From the NCBI GenBank assembly GCA_937919085.1, contig CALFRN010000045.1, positions 435 through 64,434 of the forward strand: 64,000 bases of DNA, in the 5' to 3' direction. The notes below the pieces were generated by a model, which saw nothing but the letters and a program-made list of their open reading frames with translations, searched no databases and had not been told where the DNA came from. The DNA comes from an uncultured Reyranella sp. Its GTDB lineage: Bacteria; Pseudomonadota; Alphaproteobacteria; Reyranellales; Reyranellaceae. The first letter of the stretch is position 1. Each line of letters opens with the position of its first letter. Positions 18,851 through 29,422 of the stretch are shown piece after piece. The position numbers were made by a program, and so were the translations under genes.

Positions 18851-19477
18851 TCAGTCCAGGATGATGCCCCGGAGCGTCGAAATTGCGGCCATGATTGCGG
18901 CATGGCCGACCATCAGCAGGAAAACCGTCCAGATCGCAGTGACGACCGTGAGCAGCCAGCCGAGAATGGCCATCACGCCGTCGTCCTCTATCAGGGCGAA
19001 GCAGAAGAACAGGATGGCAATGGCAGGGAACAGGTTGTCGAAGGGAATCGGCAACGCCAGGATCAGTGTGTTGAACGACCACGCCGCGAGGAGCAGCTGC
19101 CGCGGCGTGCCGGCCACCCACCACTCGTATCGGGCGTGCACGGTGTCTTCGAGCCAGTGAATATAGCGGCGAGCCCGGCCCAGGAATTTCTGGAGCTTGC
19201 CTCGGGACAGGCCGCGCCGACCGACCATCTTCGGCAATGACGGCACGGGCCGGCCGGCGAAGAATTGGGCCAGCAGAATCAACATGGGTACGCCCGTCAC
19301 CGTCGACAGCCAGGGGATGCCGGTAGGAATAACGTTCGGTACATCGAGCGCCAGAATAGCAAAGGCATAGGAACGGCCCTGCAGGCCGGTCAGGAATTCA
19401 TCGAGCGTCAGGACCGAGGTGCTCAACCCGCTGAACATCCGGTCGAGCGCCTCGTAGAGCCCGAAATTGTCCTTCAT
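18851..19477 (-). CDS. ExoD-family membrane protein
   Basis: Hydrophobic protein with LPIPF.N..PA.AI..F...L.E.DG signature. Confidence 0.88.
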   Translation of the reverse strand: MKDNFGLYEALDRMFSGLSTSVLTLDEFLTGLQGRSYAFAILALDVPNVIPTGIPWLSTVTGVPMLILLAQFFAGRPVPSLPKMVGRRGLSRGKLQKFLGRARRYIHWLEDTVHARYEWWVAGTPRQLLLAAWSFNTLILALPIPFDNLFPAIAILFFCFALIEDDGVMAILGWLLTVVTAIWTVFLLMVGHAAIMAAISTLRGIILD

Positions 19478-20337
19478 CCCTCCGACCGTGCCAGCAGGCG
19501 CCGGGCGAGAACGAGGTGTGGCCGATCGAGCATCTTGCCGTCGAGCGTCAGAACACCGGATCCTGGGTTGCTCTCGAACGTGGCGATGACGCGCCGGGCC
19601 CAGTCGATTTCCTGGGCACTGGGCGTGAAAACCTCATGGATGATCGCGATCTGATCGGGATGGATGGCGATCTTGCCGCCATATCCCATGCGCCGGGCGT
19701 CGCCTGCTTCGGCGCGCAGTCCATCGATGTTCTTGATGTCGGGATAGACGGTGTCATAGGCGGTGACGCCGGCCGCCACCGCCGCCATCAGGTTCACCGT
19801 TCGCGCGAACTTGAAGGTGTCGTCGTAGACGCCGGGGGCAGGTCCCTTGGCCAGTGCGCCGAGGTCGGCCATCAAATCCTCGCCGCCCCAGGAGTGACCC
19901 ATCAATCGTGCGTGCCTGGCGGGTGCCGCGGTCAACGCCAGCACGGCGGCGGCACTTTCGGTGGCGATAGTCAGGATACGCGTAGTGCCAGCGGCGATTC
20001 CTTCGCGCGTCTCGAGCGCATCCAGATAGGTGGCCAGCAGGTCGAGGTTTGACTGCCCGACACATTTGGGAAACACGACACCGTCGGGCTTGCCTTGCAT
20101 GACCGTGGCGAGATCGCCGAGCGTGAGGCCGGTGTCGAGGGCGTTGATGCGAACATAGAGCTTGGGGCCGGCGCGGTCGGCCGCCCGCAGGTAGGCAAGC
20201 GCCATGTCGCGCGCCACCATCTTGCGATCGGCAGCGACCGAGTCCTCGAGATCGAGGATCAGCCCGTCGGCTCCGGAGGAGGGGCTTTTGGCGAGCTTGC
20301 GCTCCGAATCGGCGGGAACGAACAGAAACGAACGCAT
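19474..20337 (-). CDS. CitE/HpcH-family acyl-CoA lyase (citryl/citramalyl/malyl-CoA lyase-like)
   Basis: RSFLFVP, ILDLEDSV, VRIN, GKIAIHP and GKMLDRPH motifs. Confidence 0.93.
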   Translation of the reverse strand: MRSFLFVPADSERKLAKSPSSGADGLILDLEDSVAADRKMVARDMALAYLRAADRAGPKLYVRINALDTGLTLGDLATVMQGKPDGVVFPKCVGQSNLDLLATYLDALETREGIAAGTTRILTIATESAAAVLALTAAPARHARLMGHSWGGEDLMADLGALAKGPAPGVYDDTFKFARTVNLMAAVAAGVTAYDTVYPDIKNIDGLRAEAGDARRMGYGGKIAIHPDQIAIIHEVFTPSAQEIDWARRVIATFESNPGSGVLTLDGKMLDRPHLVLARRLLARSEG

Positions 20338-20346
20338 CGGTGATCC

Positions 20347-20802
20347 TCAGGCTTTGGGCTTCTTGTGCATCAGCGCCTGGCGCTTGCACTCAGCTACGAT
20401 TTCGCCGCGCTGGTTGATCGCGGTGTGGAAGAACTCGACGATACCGGCATCGGGCCGGGACTTGCTTTCGCGGAGGCCGAGCACTTTGGTGCGGACCCGC
20501 AGCGTGTCGCCATGGAATACCGGTTTGGGGAAACGCACATCGGTCATGCCGAGGTTGGCGACAGTGGTTCCCAGGGTCGTGTCGTTTACGGTGATGCCTA
20601 TCATCAGGCCGAGCGTGAAGAGGCTGTTGACGATGCGCTGGCCGAACTCGGTCTTGGAGGCGAACTCCTCGTCGATGTGCAGCGGCTGTACGTTCATGGT
20701 GAGCGAGCTGTAGAGCACGTTGTCCATTTCAGTAACGGTACGGGTCCAGGCGTGTTCGAACGTCCGGTCCACGGTAAATTCCTCGAAGTACAGACCCGCC
20801 AT
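20347..20802 (-). CDS. MaoC-family dehydratase
   Basis: GLYFEEF, RTVTE.DN, N.QPLH.D and PVFHGDTL motifs; upstream of the CitE gene. Confidence 0.92.
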   Translation of the reverse strand: MAGLYFEEFTVDRTFEHAWTRTVTEMDNVLYSSLTMNVQPLHIDEEFASKTEFGQRIVNSLFTLGLMIGITVNDTTLGTTVANLGMTDVRFPKPVFHGDTLRVRTKVLGLRESKSRPDAGIVEFFHTAINQRGEIVAECKRQALMHKKPKA

Positions 20803-20927
20803 TATCCTCCCCCTTGAATTCCTCCACTCGAAAGTGCGGCCTTCTAGCATGGATGGACGCTGCCCGGCGGGTCATCGTATCAATGGCGTCACAGGACGAA
20901 ACATCGACACTTGGGAGCGAAATCGAA

Positions 20928-21905
20928 ATGCGCGCATTGTTGAGCGAGACGCCGGGCGGCCCGGAGAGCCTGAAGATGGTGGAATTGCCGTCGCGGCCAC
21001 TGGGCAAAGGGCAGGTCCGCGTTGCCGTCCGTGCGGCAGGGGTCAACTTTCCTGATACGCTCATCATTCAGGACAAGTACCAGTTCAAGCCACCCCGTCC
21101 GTTCGCGCCGGGCCATGAAATCGCCGGTGACATTACCGAGGTGGGCGAGGGCGTCGGTAACTACAAGGTCGGTGACCGGGTCATTGGCATGATTGGCCAT
21201 GGTGGTTACGCCAGCGAGGCCGTGGTCGACGAAGGCAGTCTGCTGCCGATGCCGAAAAACATGAGCTATGACGATGGTGCCGCGTTCACCATGACCTACG
21301 GCACGTCGTACTACGCCTTGAAGCAGCGCAGCAGCTACAAGCCCGGCGAGACCCTGCTGGTTACCGGCGCGTCTGGCGGCGTCGGCCTGACCGCTGTCGA
21401 ACTCGGGGCCCTGATGGGGCTCAAGGTGATCGCGGCGGTCGGCAGCGACGAGAAAATGGAAATCTGCAAGAAATACGGCGCCACGATGTTCGTGAACTAC
21501 GCCAAGGAGAAGATGCGCGACAAGGTCAAGGAACTGACCGGCGGCAACGGTGCGGATATCATCTACGACGCCGTCGGCGGCGATGCCTTCGACGAGTCGA
21601 TCCGCTGCATAGCCTGGTACGGGCGGTTGCTGGTCGTGGGCTTTGCCGCAGGTCGCATTCCCTCGCTGCCGGCCAACCTCGCGCTGCTGAAGAGCTGCGA
21701 TGTCCGCGGCGTCTTCTATGGCGCCTGGCGGGGACGCGACCCGTTGGAAGCACGCAAGAATTTCAGCGAGCTGCTCGCCTGGTACGCCGAGGGCAAGCTG
21801 AAGCCGCATATTTCCATGCGTTTTCCGCTCGAGCAGGGCGCCGATGCGATGAATGCGCTGCTGTCGCGCAAGGCTACAGGCAAGGTTGTGCTGACGATCT
21901 CCTGA
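20928..21905 (+). CDS. NADPH:quinone oxidoreductase family (MDR) protein
   Basis: GVNFPD, PGHE and VTGASGGVG motifs; TGKVVL at the C-terminus. Confidence 0.93.
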   Translation: MRALLSETPGGPESLKMVELPSRPLGKGQVRVAVRAAGVNFPDTLIIQDKYQFKPPRPFAPGHEIAGDITEVGEGVGNYKVGDRVIGMIGHGGYASEAVVDEGSLLPMPKNMSYDDGAAFTMTYGTSYYALKQRSSYKPGETLLVTGASGGVGLTAVELGALMGLKVIAAVGSDEKMEICKKYGATMFVNYAKEKMRDKVKELTGGNGADIIYDAVGGDAFDESIRCIAWYGRLLVVGFAAGRIPSLPANLALLKSCDVRGVFYGAWRGRDPLEARKNFSELLAWYAEGKLKPHISMRFPLEQGADAMNALLSRKATGKVVLTIS

Positions 21906-21915
21906 GGAGGGCGCT

Positions 21916-22671
21916 ATGGGCCGATTGAGTGGCAGGGTCGCGATTGTGACGGGGGCTGCTTCAGGCATAGGTGCGGCATCCGCCACGCTGTTCGCCGACG
22001 AAGGTGCGCACGTTCTGGCCGTCGACCTGCCGGGCTCGGCAATCGACTCGGCCCACGCGGGCAATCCGGCGATCGCAACCTTCGCCGCCGACGTCACCGG
22101 CGATGAAGCGCCGCGCGATATCGTGGCGGCGGCGCTTGCCAGCTTCGGTGCGATCGACATCCTGTTCAACAATGCCGGCGTCAGTGGCCGTGCATTCGTC
22201 GAAGAGATGACCGACGAGCACTGGGATCGCGTCAATGGCGTCAACCTGCGGGCGATGTTCCGGCTCTGCCGCGAAGCCATCCCGGTGCTCAAGACGCGGG
22301 CCAGGGAAAAGGGGCGCGCCCGCATCGTCAACACCGCATCCGTGATGGCATTCGACACCGATTTCGGCCTGGCGGCCTACTGCGCCTCCAAGGCCGGCGT
22401 GGGAGGGCTGACGCGCACGCTGGCGCTCGAGCTCGGCAAGTTCAACATTACCGCCAACTATGTTTGCCCCGGCGCGATCTACAGCGGCATGACCCGCACG
22501 AATTTCGACAATCCCGACATCCGCGCCGTCTGGGAGAAGAAGGCGGCACTCCGCCGTCTCGGCCAGCCGATCGATATCGCCCGCGGTGCGTTGCTGCTGG
22601 CCTCCGACGATGCCGACTTCATCACCGGCCACGAGCTGGTGGTCGATGGCGGCCTGACCCTGCGAACCTAG
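21916..22671 (+). CDS. Short-chain dehydrogenase/reductase
   Basis: TGAASGIG, NNAG and YCASK motifs. Confidence 0.95.
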   Translation: MGRLSGRVAIVTGAASGIGAASATLFADEGAHVLAVDLPGSAIDSAHAGNPAIATFAADVTGDEAPRDIVAAALASFGAIDILFNNAGVSGRAFVEEMTDEHWDRVNGVNLRAMFRLCREAIPVLKTRAREKGRARIVNTASVMAFDTDFGLAAYCASKAGVGGLTRTLALELGKFNITANYVCPGAIYSGMTRTNFDNPDIRAVWEKKAALRRLGQPIDIARGALLLASDDADFITGHELVVDGGLTLRT

Positions 22672-22681
22672 GCAGCACCAG

Positions 22682-23779
22682 ATGAGCAATATCCAGTCGT
22701 TCGCCGCCGACTACAGCGAGGCGCGAGACAAGTTTCTGGCCGCGGCGCGGCTCGCCGGTGCCATGACTTTCCGCTACGACAACCCAAGCAAGGGGCCGGG
22801 AGGGGAGCCGCTGTCGACCGATGTGGCAGTCGTCGGGCCCGAGGATGCCTCCAAGGTCGTCGCGACGATATCGAGCACACATGGCGTGGAAGGCTATTGC
22901 GGTTCGGGCTTCCAGGTCGACTGGCTGGCGACAGTCGGCGCCTCAGGTCTGCCTCCGGATACTGCTGCTGTCTTCGTCCACGCGATCAATCCCTATGGAT
23001 TTGCCTGGACGCGGCGCGTCACCGAGGAGGGCAACGACCTTAATCGCAATTACATCGACCACGGTAAGCCCTATCCGGTGAACGAGGGCTATCTCGAGAT
23101 CGCCGATTTTCTCGTGCCGGCGGACCTGGGTGAGGCCGGCACGAAGGCGGCCGACGCAAAGCTGGCAGCCTATCGCAAGAAGGTCGGCGACATCGCCTTT
23201 TTCCGGGCAGTGTCGGGCGGCCAGTACAGCCACCCGGATGGCATGTTCTTCGGCGGAGGGGGCCCATCGTGGTCCAATCGCACCTTGCACGCGATCGCCG
23301 ACAGGCATCTCAAGGGGCGCGGCGACGTTGCCGTGATCGACTTTCACACTGGGCTCGGTCCCTACGGTTACGGCGAGCCGATCACCCACTACGACATCGA
23401 CACGCCGGCGTCGCGCCGGGTGCGGGACTTCTGGGGAGAATCGGTGACCGAGTCGAAGCGGGGGCAGACGGCGTCGCAGGCCCGCGATGGGCTCGGCCAC
23501 TATGGCCTCAACCGCATTCTGCTGGAGCCGGAGACCCGGCTCACCATGTGCACGCTGGAATACGGAACCTTCGATCGTGAAAGCGGCCAGAGGGCCTTCC
23601 GGGCCGACCACTGGCTGCACAAGTACGGTGATCCGCTGGGCAAGGAGGCCGGACCGATAAGGGCGGCGATGCGCCGGCAGTTCTATCCCGATACCGACGA
23701 CTGGAAGGAAGCGGTCCTGTTCCGCGGTTACCAGGTCACCCGGCAGGCAATCGCTGGTATGCAACGTAGTGCCAATTGA
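22682..23779 (+). CDS. DUF2817 / M14-like metallopeptidase
   Basis: THGVEG Zn-binding motif, NP.G...RR..E...DLNRN and DFHTGLG. Confidence 0.87.
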   Translation: MSNIQSFAADYSEARDKFLAAARLAGAMTFRYDNPSKGPGGEPLSTDVAVVGPEDASKVVATISSTHGVEGYCGSGFQVDWLATVGASGLPPDTAAVFVHAINPYGFAWTRRVTEEGNDLNRNYIDHGKPYPVNEGYLEIADFLVPADLGEAGTKAADAKLAAYRKKVGDIAFFRAVSGGQYSHPDGMFFGGGGPSWSNRTLHAIADRHLKGRGDVAVIDFHTGLGPYGYGEPITHYDIDTPASRRVRDFWGESVTESKRGQTASQARDGLGHYGLNRILLEPETRLTMCTLEYGTFDRESGQRAFRADHWLHKYGDPLGKEAGPIRAAMRRQFYPDTDDWKEAVLFRGYQVTRQAIAGMQRSAN

Positions 23780-23846
23780 GGCGTTTGGGGACAATCGGCG
23801 CTGAATATACATTCGCCGGCCGGCCGATCCTGCTAGAACCTTCGGC

Positions 23847-25778
23847 ATGCGTGCTTTGATTGCGTTGGTCGCGTTTGCGGGCGTGGCCGCGCTCAATCTT
23901 CTGTGGTGGTGGACCCCCAACAGACCGGTGGAGATTGCCGGCTGGACGACGGCGCCGTTGCAGAGCGTGTCCTTTGCCCCCTATCGGCCCGGACAGAGCC
24001 CGTTGACGCGGACGTTTCCGACGCCGGACCAGATAGAAGAGGATCTTCGCCGCCTCAAGGGTAAGGTGGGGGCGGTACGGACCTATTCGTCGGGCGAAAA
24101 CCTCGAGACCGTGCCGCAGCGCGCCGGCAAGTATGGCCTAAAGGTCTGGCACGGCGCGTGGCTGAACGACAATGACAAGGAAAACCTCGAGCAGATCAAC
24201 CTGCTGATCGATCACGCCAACAAGTATCGTGACACGATCGAGCGGGTTATCGTCGGCAACGAGGTGCTGCTGCGTAAGGATCTCACGGCAAGCCAGCTGC
24301 GCGGCTACATCCGCCAGGTGAAGCAACGCGTCTCCCAACCCGTGACCTACGCCGATGTCTGGGAATTCTGGCTACGCAATCCCTCGCTCGCCGACGAGGT
24401 CGACTTCATCACCATTCACATCTTGCCGTACTGGGAGGACGAGCCGATCGGCGTCGATCGCCGCGAACCGGATGGGACGTCGAGCATCGAGAAACACCTG
24501 GTCGACATCTACAAGAAGGTGCAAGCACGATTTCCCGGCAAGAAGATCGTGATCGGCGAGACCGGCTGGCCAAGCGACGGCCGCATGCGCTCCGATGCAC
24601 GCCCCGGACGGGTCGAACAGGTCCGTTATTTCTCGATCTTCAGGTCCGCCGCCGAGCGTGAAATGTTCGACTACAACATCATCGAGGCTTTCGATCAGTA
24701 CTGGAAGGCGCGCCAGGAGGGGACCGTGGGGGCGGCCTGGGGGCTGCTTGATGCGCAGCGCCACGACAAGTTCGAACTCGGCAAGCCTGTGGTCGCGGAG
24801 CCGCGCTGGCAGCTGCTATTTGCGCTCTCGACGGTCGCGTCCGCTCTGGTTTTGCTCGCCTTCGTCGTCGGGCGCCGGCGGGTGGGATGGAAGGGCATCG
24901 TCGTCTTTGCATTTTTTACACAGCTCGTGGCGACCTGTTACGTGCAAGCCACCTGGATCGACGTGTCCCGCAGCTTCTACTTCGAGCGCATGGCCGGGGT
25001 GGTGTTCTGGGCAGGACTTCTGGCTCTGTTCAGCTATGCGCTGTTGCGCGGCATCGCCGACAGTCTGACCGGCAAAATGGCCGACCCGTCGCTTTACGGT
25101 GCTCGGGTGCGCGAGGCCTGGCGTGCTTGGCGGGAATTGCCACGTTTTCGGGTCGTGCGGCGCGTCGACCTGATGGCCCAGCTACTCTACCTGGCTCTGA
25201 CGGTGCTGTGCATCTTCTACCTCGTGGTGATCAGCATCGATTGGTACGATGGCGTCATACGGATCGGCGACTGGTACCGCCAGATTGCCATCGACGGCCG
25301 GTACCGCGACTTCCCGATCTGGAGCTTCGTCATTCCCAGCATCGTGTTGATGATGTGGAAGACGCTGACCATTCTGCGCGCGGAACAGGTGTCGCGTTCC
25401 GACCGGATCGCCAAGGCGCTCTCGTTCGGCCGTCTGCTGGGCTACGATGGCAGCCGTGGCTTCGTTCGCATGGACCGCTCGTTCAGCCGCATCCGGCCGG
25501 TTCTGCCGGAAATCATACTGGCGGGGCTCTTGATCTTCTGGGCCGTCGTCATGCTGGTGACCGAGGGCGCCATCAAGCTGCACGATGGAGGAGCTGGCGG
25601 CTTTGTTGCAGCCGACGGCTCCCGTTGGGTCATCAGGACGCTTTTCTGGAATACCCAGGCCAACTGGTTTGCCGCCCTTGCCGTGCTGATGGCAATTCCC
25701 TATCTGGCGACCGTTTACGTATCAATACGCGAGCCACTGGCAGAACCGCCGCCGGACTCCTATACCAACAAGTGGTAG
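23847..25778 (+). CDS. GH17 beta-1,3-glucanosyltransferase-like domain fused to a multi-TM region (NdvC-like)
   Basis: VRTYS, IVGNEVLL (acid/base), VIGETGWP (nucleophile) and IEAFDQ.WK motifs; N-terminal anchor and a hydrophobic C-terminal third. Confidence 0.87.
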   Translation: MRALIALVAFAGVAALNLLWWWTPNRPVEIAGWTTAPLQSVSFAPYRPGQSPLTRTFPTPDQIEEDLRRLKGKVGAVRTYSSGENLETVPQRAGKYGLKVWHGAWLNDNDKENLEQINLLIDHANKYRDTIERVIVGNEVLLRKDLTASQLRGYIRQVKQRVSQPVTYADVWEFWLRNPSLADEVDFITIHILPYWEDEPIGVDRREPDGTSSIEKHLVDIYKKVQARFPGKKIVIGETGWPSDGRMRSDARPGRVEQVRYFSIFRSAAEREMFDYNIIEAFDQYWKARQEGTVGAAWGLLDAQRHDKFELGKPVVAEPRWQLLFALSTVASALVLLAFVVGRRRVGWKGIVVFAFFTQLVATCYVQATWIDVSRSFYFERMAGVVFWAGLLALFSYALLRGIADSLTGKMADPSLYGARVREAWRAWRELPRFRVVRRVDLMAQLLYLALTVLCIFYLVVISIDWYDGVIRIGDWYRQIAIDGRYRDFPIWSFVIPSIVLMMWKTLTILRAEQVSRSDRIAKALSFGRLLGYDGSRGFVRMDRSFSRIRPVLPEIILAGLLIFWAVVMLVTEGAIKLHDGGAGGFVAADGSRWVIRTLFWNTQANWFAALAVLMAIPYLATVYVSIREPLAEPPPDSYTNKW

Positions 25779-25802
25779 GCGCCTTCAGCCGGGAGTTACG
25801 AC

Positions 25803-26384
25803 ATGGAAATCAAGGGCGAATACAGGATCGCAGCGTCACGGGAAAAGGTATTTGCGGCACTGAACGATCCTGCCGTGCTGCAGGCCTGCATTCCAGGCTG
25901 CGAATCACTCGAAAAGACGTCCGATACCGAAATGAAGGCCAAGGTGCGCCTGCGCATCGGGCCGGTCAGCGCCAGCTTCACCGGCAAGGTGACCTTGTCG
26001 GACCTCGATCCGCCGAACGGTTACAAGATCTCGGGCGAAGGGCAGGGCGGGGCCGCGGGCTTTGCCAAAGGCGGCGCCGTCGTGACATTGCGCGAGGACG
26101 GTGCCGAAACACTGCTGAGCTACAACGTGGATGCCCAGGTCGGCGGCAAGATCGCCCAGGTCGGCGCGCGTTTGATCGACGGCACGGCGAAGAAGCTGGC
26201 CGACGAGTTCTTCAGCAAGTTCACCACCATGGTGGGCGGCCCACCGCCTGCCGAGGCTGCAGTGGCCGCTGTTACATCGCCGGGCCCGGCGGCTTCTGCT
26301 GCAGCGCAGCGAGGCTACAAGCACTGGATCATCATCGGTATCGGCGCTGCGGTTCTGGTCCTGGTGTTTCTTGCGAACCGTTAG
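25803..26384 (+). CDS. coxG: CoxG/SRPBCC carbon monoxide dehydrogenase subunit G-like protein with C-terminal membrane anchor
   Basis: LNDP..L..CIPGC and GGKIAQVG.RLID motifs; terminal hydrophobic helix. Confidence 0.9.
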   Translation: MEIKGEYRIAASREKVFAALNDPAVLQACIPGCESLEKTSDTEMKAKVRLRIGPVSASFTGKVTLSDLDPPNGYKISGEGQGGAAGFAKGGAVVTLREDGAETLLSYNVDAQVGGKIAQVGARLIDGTAKKLADEFFSKFTTMVGGPPPAEAAVAAVTSPGPAASAAAQRGYKHWIIIGIGAAVLVLVFLANR

Positions 26385-26518
26385 CGCCAGCCCGCGGGCT
26401 GGCTGTCATCCGCAATTCGCTTGACCGCCGCCAGAGTGACTTGCGAAGGTTCATTCAATGCACAGCGGCGGCGCTCAGGCACAACCGCACTGAACTAAAA
26501 TCGTGAGGGAGAAGAGTA

Positions 26519-27004
26519 ATGAGCATTTCCGTCGCCATGACCGTCAACGGCAAGGCCGTATCGGGCAAGGTCGAGGCGCGCACGCTTCTGGTTCAGTTCC
26601 TGCGCGAGCATCTAGGCATGACCGGCACCCATGTCGGCTGCGATACCAGCCAATGCGGTGCCTGCGTCGTCGATGTCGACGGCAAGTCGGTCAAGTCCTG
26701 CACCATCCTGGCGGTACAGGCCGAAGGTTCGAAGGTCATCACCATCGAGGGTCTCGCCGAGAGCCCCGACAAACTGCATCCGATGCAGGAGGCCTTCCGC
26801 GAAAACCATGCATTGCAGTGCGGCTTCTGCACGCCGGGCATGGTGATGAGCGCCATCGACATGGTGAAGCGCCACAACTACCAGCTCGACGAAGCCACCG
26901 TGCGCCGTGAACTCGAGGGCAACCTCTGCCGTTGCACCGGATACCACAACATCGTGAAGGCAATTCTGGCCGCCGCCCCGGCCATGAAGTCAGCAGGAGT
27001 GTAG
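26519..27004 (+). CDS. coxS: Molybdenum hydroxylase small [2Fe-2S] subunit (CoxS-like)
   Basis: [18 protein letters not shown] and GNLCRCTGY motifs. Confidence 0.95.
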   Translation: MSISVAMTVNGKAVSGKVEARTLLVQFLREHLGMTGTHVGCDTSQCGACVVDVDGKSVKSCTILAVQAEGSKVITIEGLAESPDKLHPMQEAFRENHALQCGFCTPGMVMSAIDMVKRHNYQLDEATVRRELEGNLCRCTGYHNIVKAILAAAPAMKSAGV

Positions 27005-27008
27005 CCCC

Positions 27009-29393
27009 ATGACCGCCGCCACCGGAATCGGCGCCCGGGTTCTGCGAACGGAAGACAAGCGCTTCCTGACGGGGACCGGCCGCTATGTCGACGATCTGCC
27101 TCTCGCCCGCGCGACCTACGCCTATTTCCTGCGTTCACCGCATGCCCACGCGAAGATCAAGAACCTCGATATTTCCGCGGCGGCCAAGATGTCAGGCGTT
27201 GTCAACATTTTCACCGGCAAGGATCTTGTCGATGCCAAGGTCGGCGGCCTGATCTGCGGCTGGGTGGTCAAGGACAAGCATGGCGAGCCGCACAAGGCAC
27301 CGCCGCATCCCGTGATGGCGGTCGACACGGTACGCTATGTCGGCGATACGGTGGCGATGGTCGTGGCCAACAGCTACGACGATGCCAAGGACGCCGCCGA
27401 AGCGATCAAGGTCGACTACGACGTGCAGCCGGCGAACATCGACTTGGCGAAGTCTTTCGACAAGGGCTCTCCCCAGGTTCACCCCGAAGCCCCGGGCAAT
27501 CTCATCTATGACTGGGAGATCGGCGTGAAAGCCGACGTCGAGGCGGCTTTCGCCAAGGCAGCCCATGTTACCAAGCTTGATCTCATCAACAACCGTCTGA
27601 TCCCCAACGCCATGGAGCCGCGCGCCGCGGCGGCGGAATATGACAAGGGCACGGGCAACTACACGCTGTGGTCGACGTCGCAGAACCCGCACGTACTGCG
27701 CCTCATCCTGTCGGCCTTCGTGCTGGGCATCCCGGAGCACAAACTGCGTGTCGTTGCCCCAGACGTGGGCGGCGGCTTTGGCAGCAAGATCTTCTGCTAC
27801 GCCGACGAGACCATGGTGTGCTGGGCTGCGTCGCGTGTCGGCCGGCCGATCAAGTGGACCGCCGAGCGCAGCGAATCGTTCCAGACCGACTGCCATGGCC
27901 GCGACCACGTCACCCACGCCGAACTGGCATTGGACAAGGACGGCAAGTTCCTGGCGCTGAAGGTCGAAACAATCGCCAACATGGGCGCCTATCTGTCGAC
28001 CTTCGCGACGGCGGTGCCGACCTATCTCTACGCCACGCTGCTGGCGGGCCAGTACACAACGCCGCTAATCTACGCCAACGTGAAGGCGGCACTCACTCAC
28101 ACCGCGCCAGTCGACGCCTATCGCGGTGCCGGACGGCCGGAAGCGACCTTCGTGGTCGAGAGCATCGTCAGCAAGGCAGCGGCCGAGATGAAGATCGACC
28201 CGGCCGAACTGCGCCGGAAGAACTTCATTCCGTCGACGGCCTTCCCGTACCAGACGCCGGTCGCGCTGCAGTACGATTCGGGCAACTACCCGCCGATCAT
28301 CGACGAAGCCATGAAGATGGCTGACTACAAGGGCTTCGAGGCCCGCCGTACCGAGGCCAAGTCGCGAGGCAAGCTGCGCGGCATCGGCTTCTCGTCCTAC
28401 ATCGAGGCCTGTGGCCTCGCGCCTTCGCAGGTCGTTGGCTCGCTCGGGGCCGGCGTCGGCCAGTGGGAGTCGGCGCAGATCAAGTTCAACCCGACCGGCA
28501 ATGTCCAGGTCATGACCGGGGCGCACAGCCACGGCCAGAGCCACGAGACGACGTTCGCCCAGATCATCCACGACAAGCTCGGCGTGCCGATGGACCAGAT
28601 AGAGATCGTCCACGGCGACACGGCAACGACGCCGTTCGGCATGGGCAGCTATGGGTCGCGTTCGCTTGCGGTCGGCGGCTCGGCGATCGTCAAGGCCACC
28701 GAGAAGATCATCGCCAAGGGCAAGAAGGTGGCCGCGCATCTGATGGAGGCGTCCGTCGCCGACGTCGAGTTCGAAAACGGCGTCTTCAAGGTGACGGGCA
28801 CGGACAAGAACGTGCCGCTGGCCCAGGTCGTGTTCGCCGCCTACGTGCCGCACAATTATCCGCTGGCCGAAGTCGAGCCGGGTATGGATGAAAACGCCTT
28901 CTATGATCCAGCGAACTTCGTCTATCCGGCCGGCACGCAGATCTGCGAACTCGAGATCGACCCCGATACGGGCACGACCGAGATCGTCAACTTCACGGCG
29001 ATCGACGATTTCGGCAACATCATCAATCCGATGATCGTCGAGGGCCAGGTTCACGGTGGTATCGTGCAGGGCGTCGGCCAGGCACTATTGGAAGGCGCCG
29101 TCTACGACAAGAGCACGGGGCAGCTCATCAGCGGCTCGTTCATGGACTACACCATGCCGCGTGCGGATAATTTCCCGTCATTCAAGCTCGGCTACAAAGT
29201 CACTCCATGCCCGCATAATCCGCTGGGTGTGAAGGGTTGCGGTGAGGCGGGCGCGATCGCATCGCCGGCCGCCGTGATGAACGCGATTCACAATGCTCTG
29301 GCGCCGGTCGGCGTCAAGCACGTGGAAATGCCCGCCACGCCTCTCAACGTGTGGCAGTCGATCAAGGGCGCCCAACGCCAAGCTGCTGAATAG
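27009..29393 (+). CDS. coxL: Molybdenum hydroxylase large subunit (form II CoxL-like)
   Basis: VGGGFGSK, active-site loop AYRGAGR, GQ.HET, GQVHGG..QG.G and KGCGE motifs. Confidence 0.95.
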   Translation: MTAATGIGARVLRTEDKRFLTGTGRYVDDLPLARATYAYFLRSPHAHAKIKNLDISAAAKMSGVVNIFTGKDLVDAKVGGLICGWVVKDKHGEPHKAPPHPVMAVDTVRYVGDTVAMVVANSYDDAKDAAEAIKVDYDVQPANIDLAKSFDKGSPQVHPEAPGNLIYDWEIGVKADVEAAFAKAAHVTKLDLINNRLIPNAMEPRAAAAEYDKGTGNYTLWSTSQNPHVLRLILSAFVLGIPEHKLRVVAPDVGGGFGSKIFCYADETMVCWAASRVGRPIKWTAERSESFQTDCHGRDHVTHAELALDKDGKFLALKVETIANMGAYLSTFATAVPTYLYATLLAGQYTTPLIYANVKAALTHTAPVDAYRGAGRPEATFVVESIVSKAAAEMKIDPAELRRKNFIPSTAFPYQTPVALQYDSGNYPPIIDEAMKMADYKGFEARRTEAKSRGKLRGIGFSSYIEACGLAPSQVVGSLGAGVGQWESAQIKFNPTGNVQVMTGAHSHGQSHETTFAQIIHDKLGVPMDQIEIVHGDTATTPFGMGSYGSRSLAVGGSAIVKATEKIIAKGKKVAAHLMEASVADVEFENGVFKVTGTDKNVPLAQVVFAAYVPHNYPLAEVEPGMDENAFYDPANFVYPAGTQICELEIDPDTGTTEIVNFTAIDDFGNIINPMIVEGQVHGGIVQGVGQALLEGAVYDKSTGQLISGSFMDYTMPRADNFPSFKLGYKVTPCPHNPLGVKGCGEAGAIASPAAVMNAIHNALAPVGVKHVEMPATPLNVWQSIKGAQRQAAE

Positions 29394-29422
29394 GGCCGCC
29401 CGAGTAACCGGAGGATATCCAG

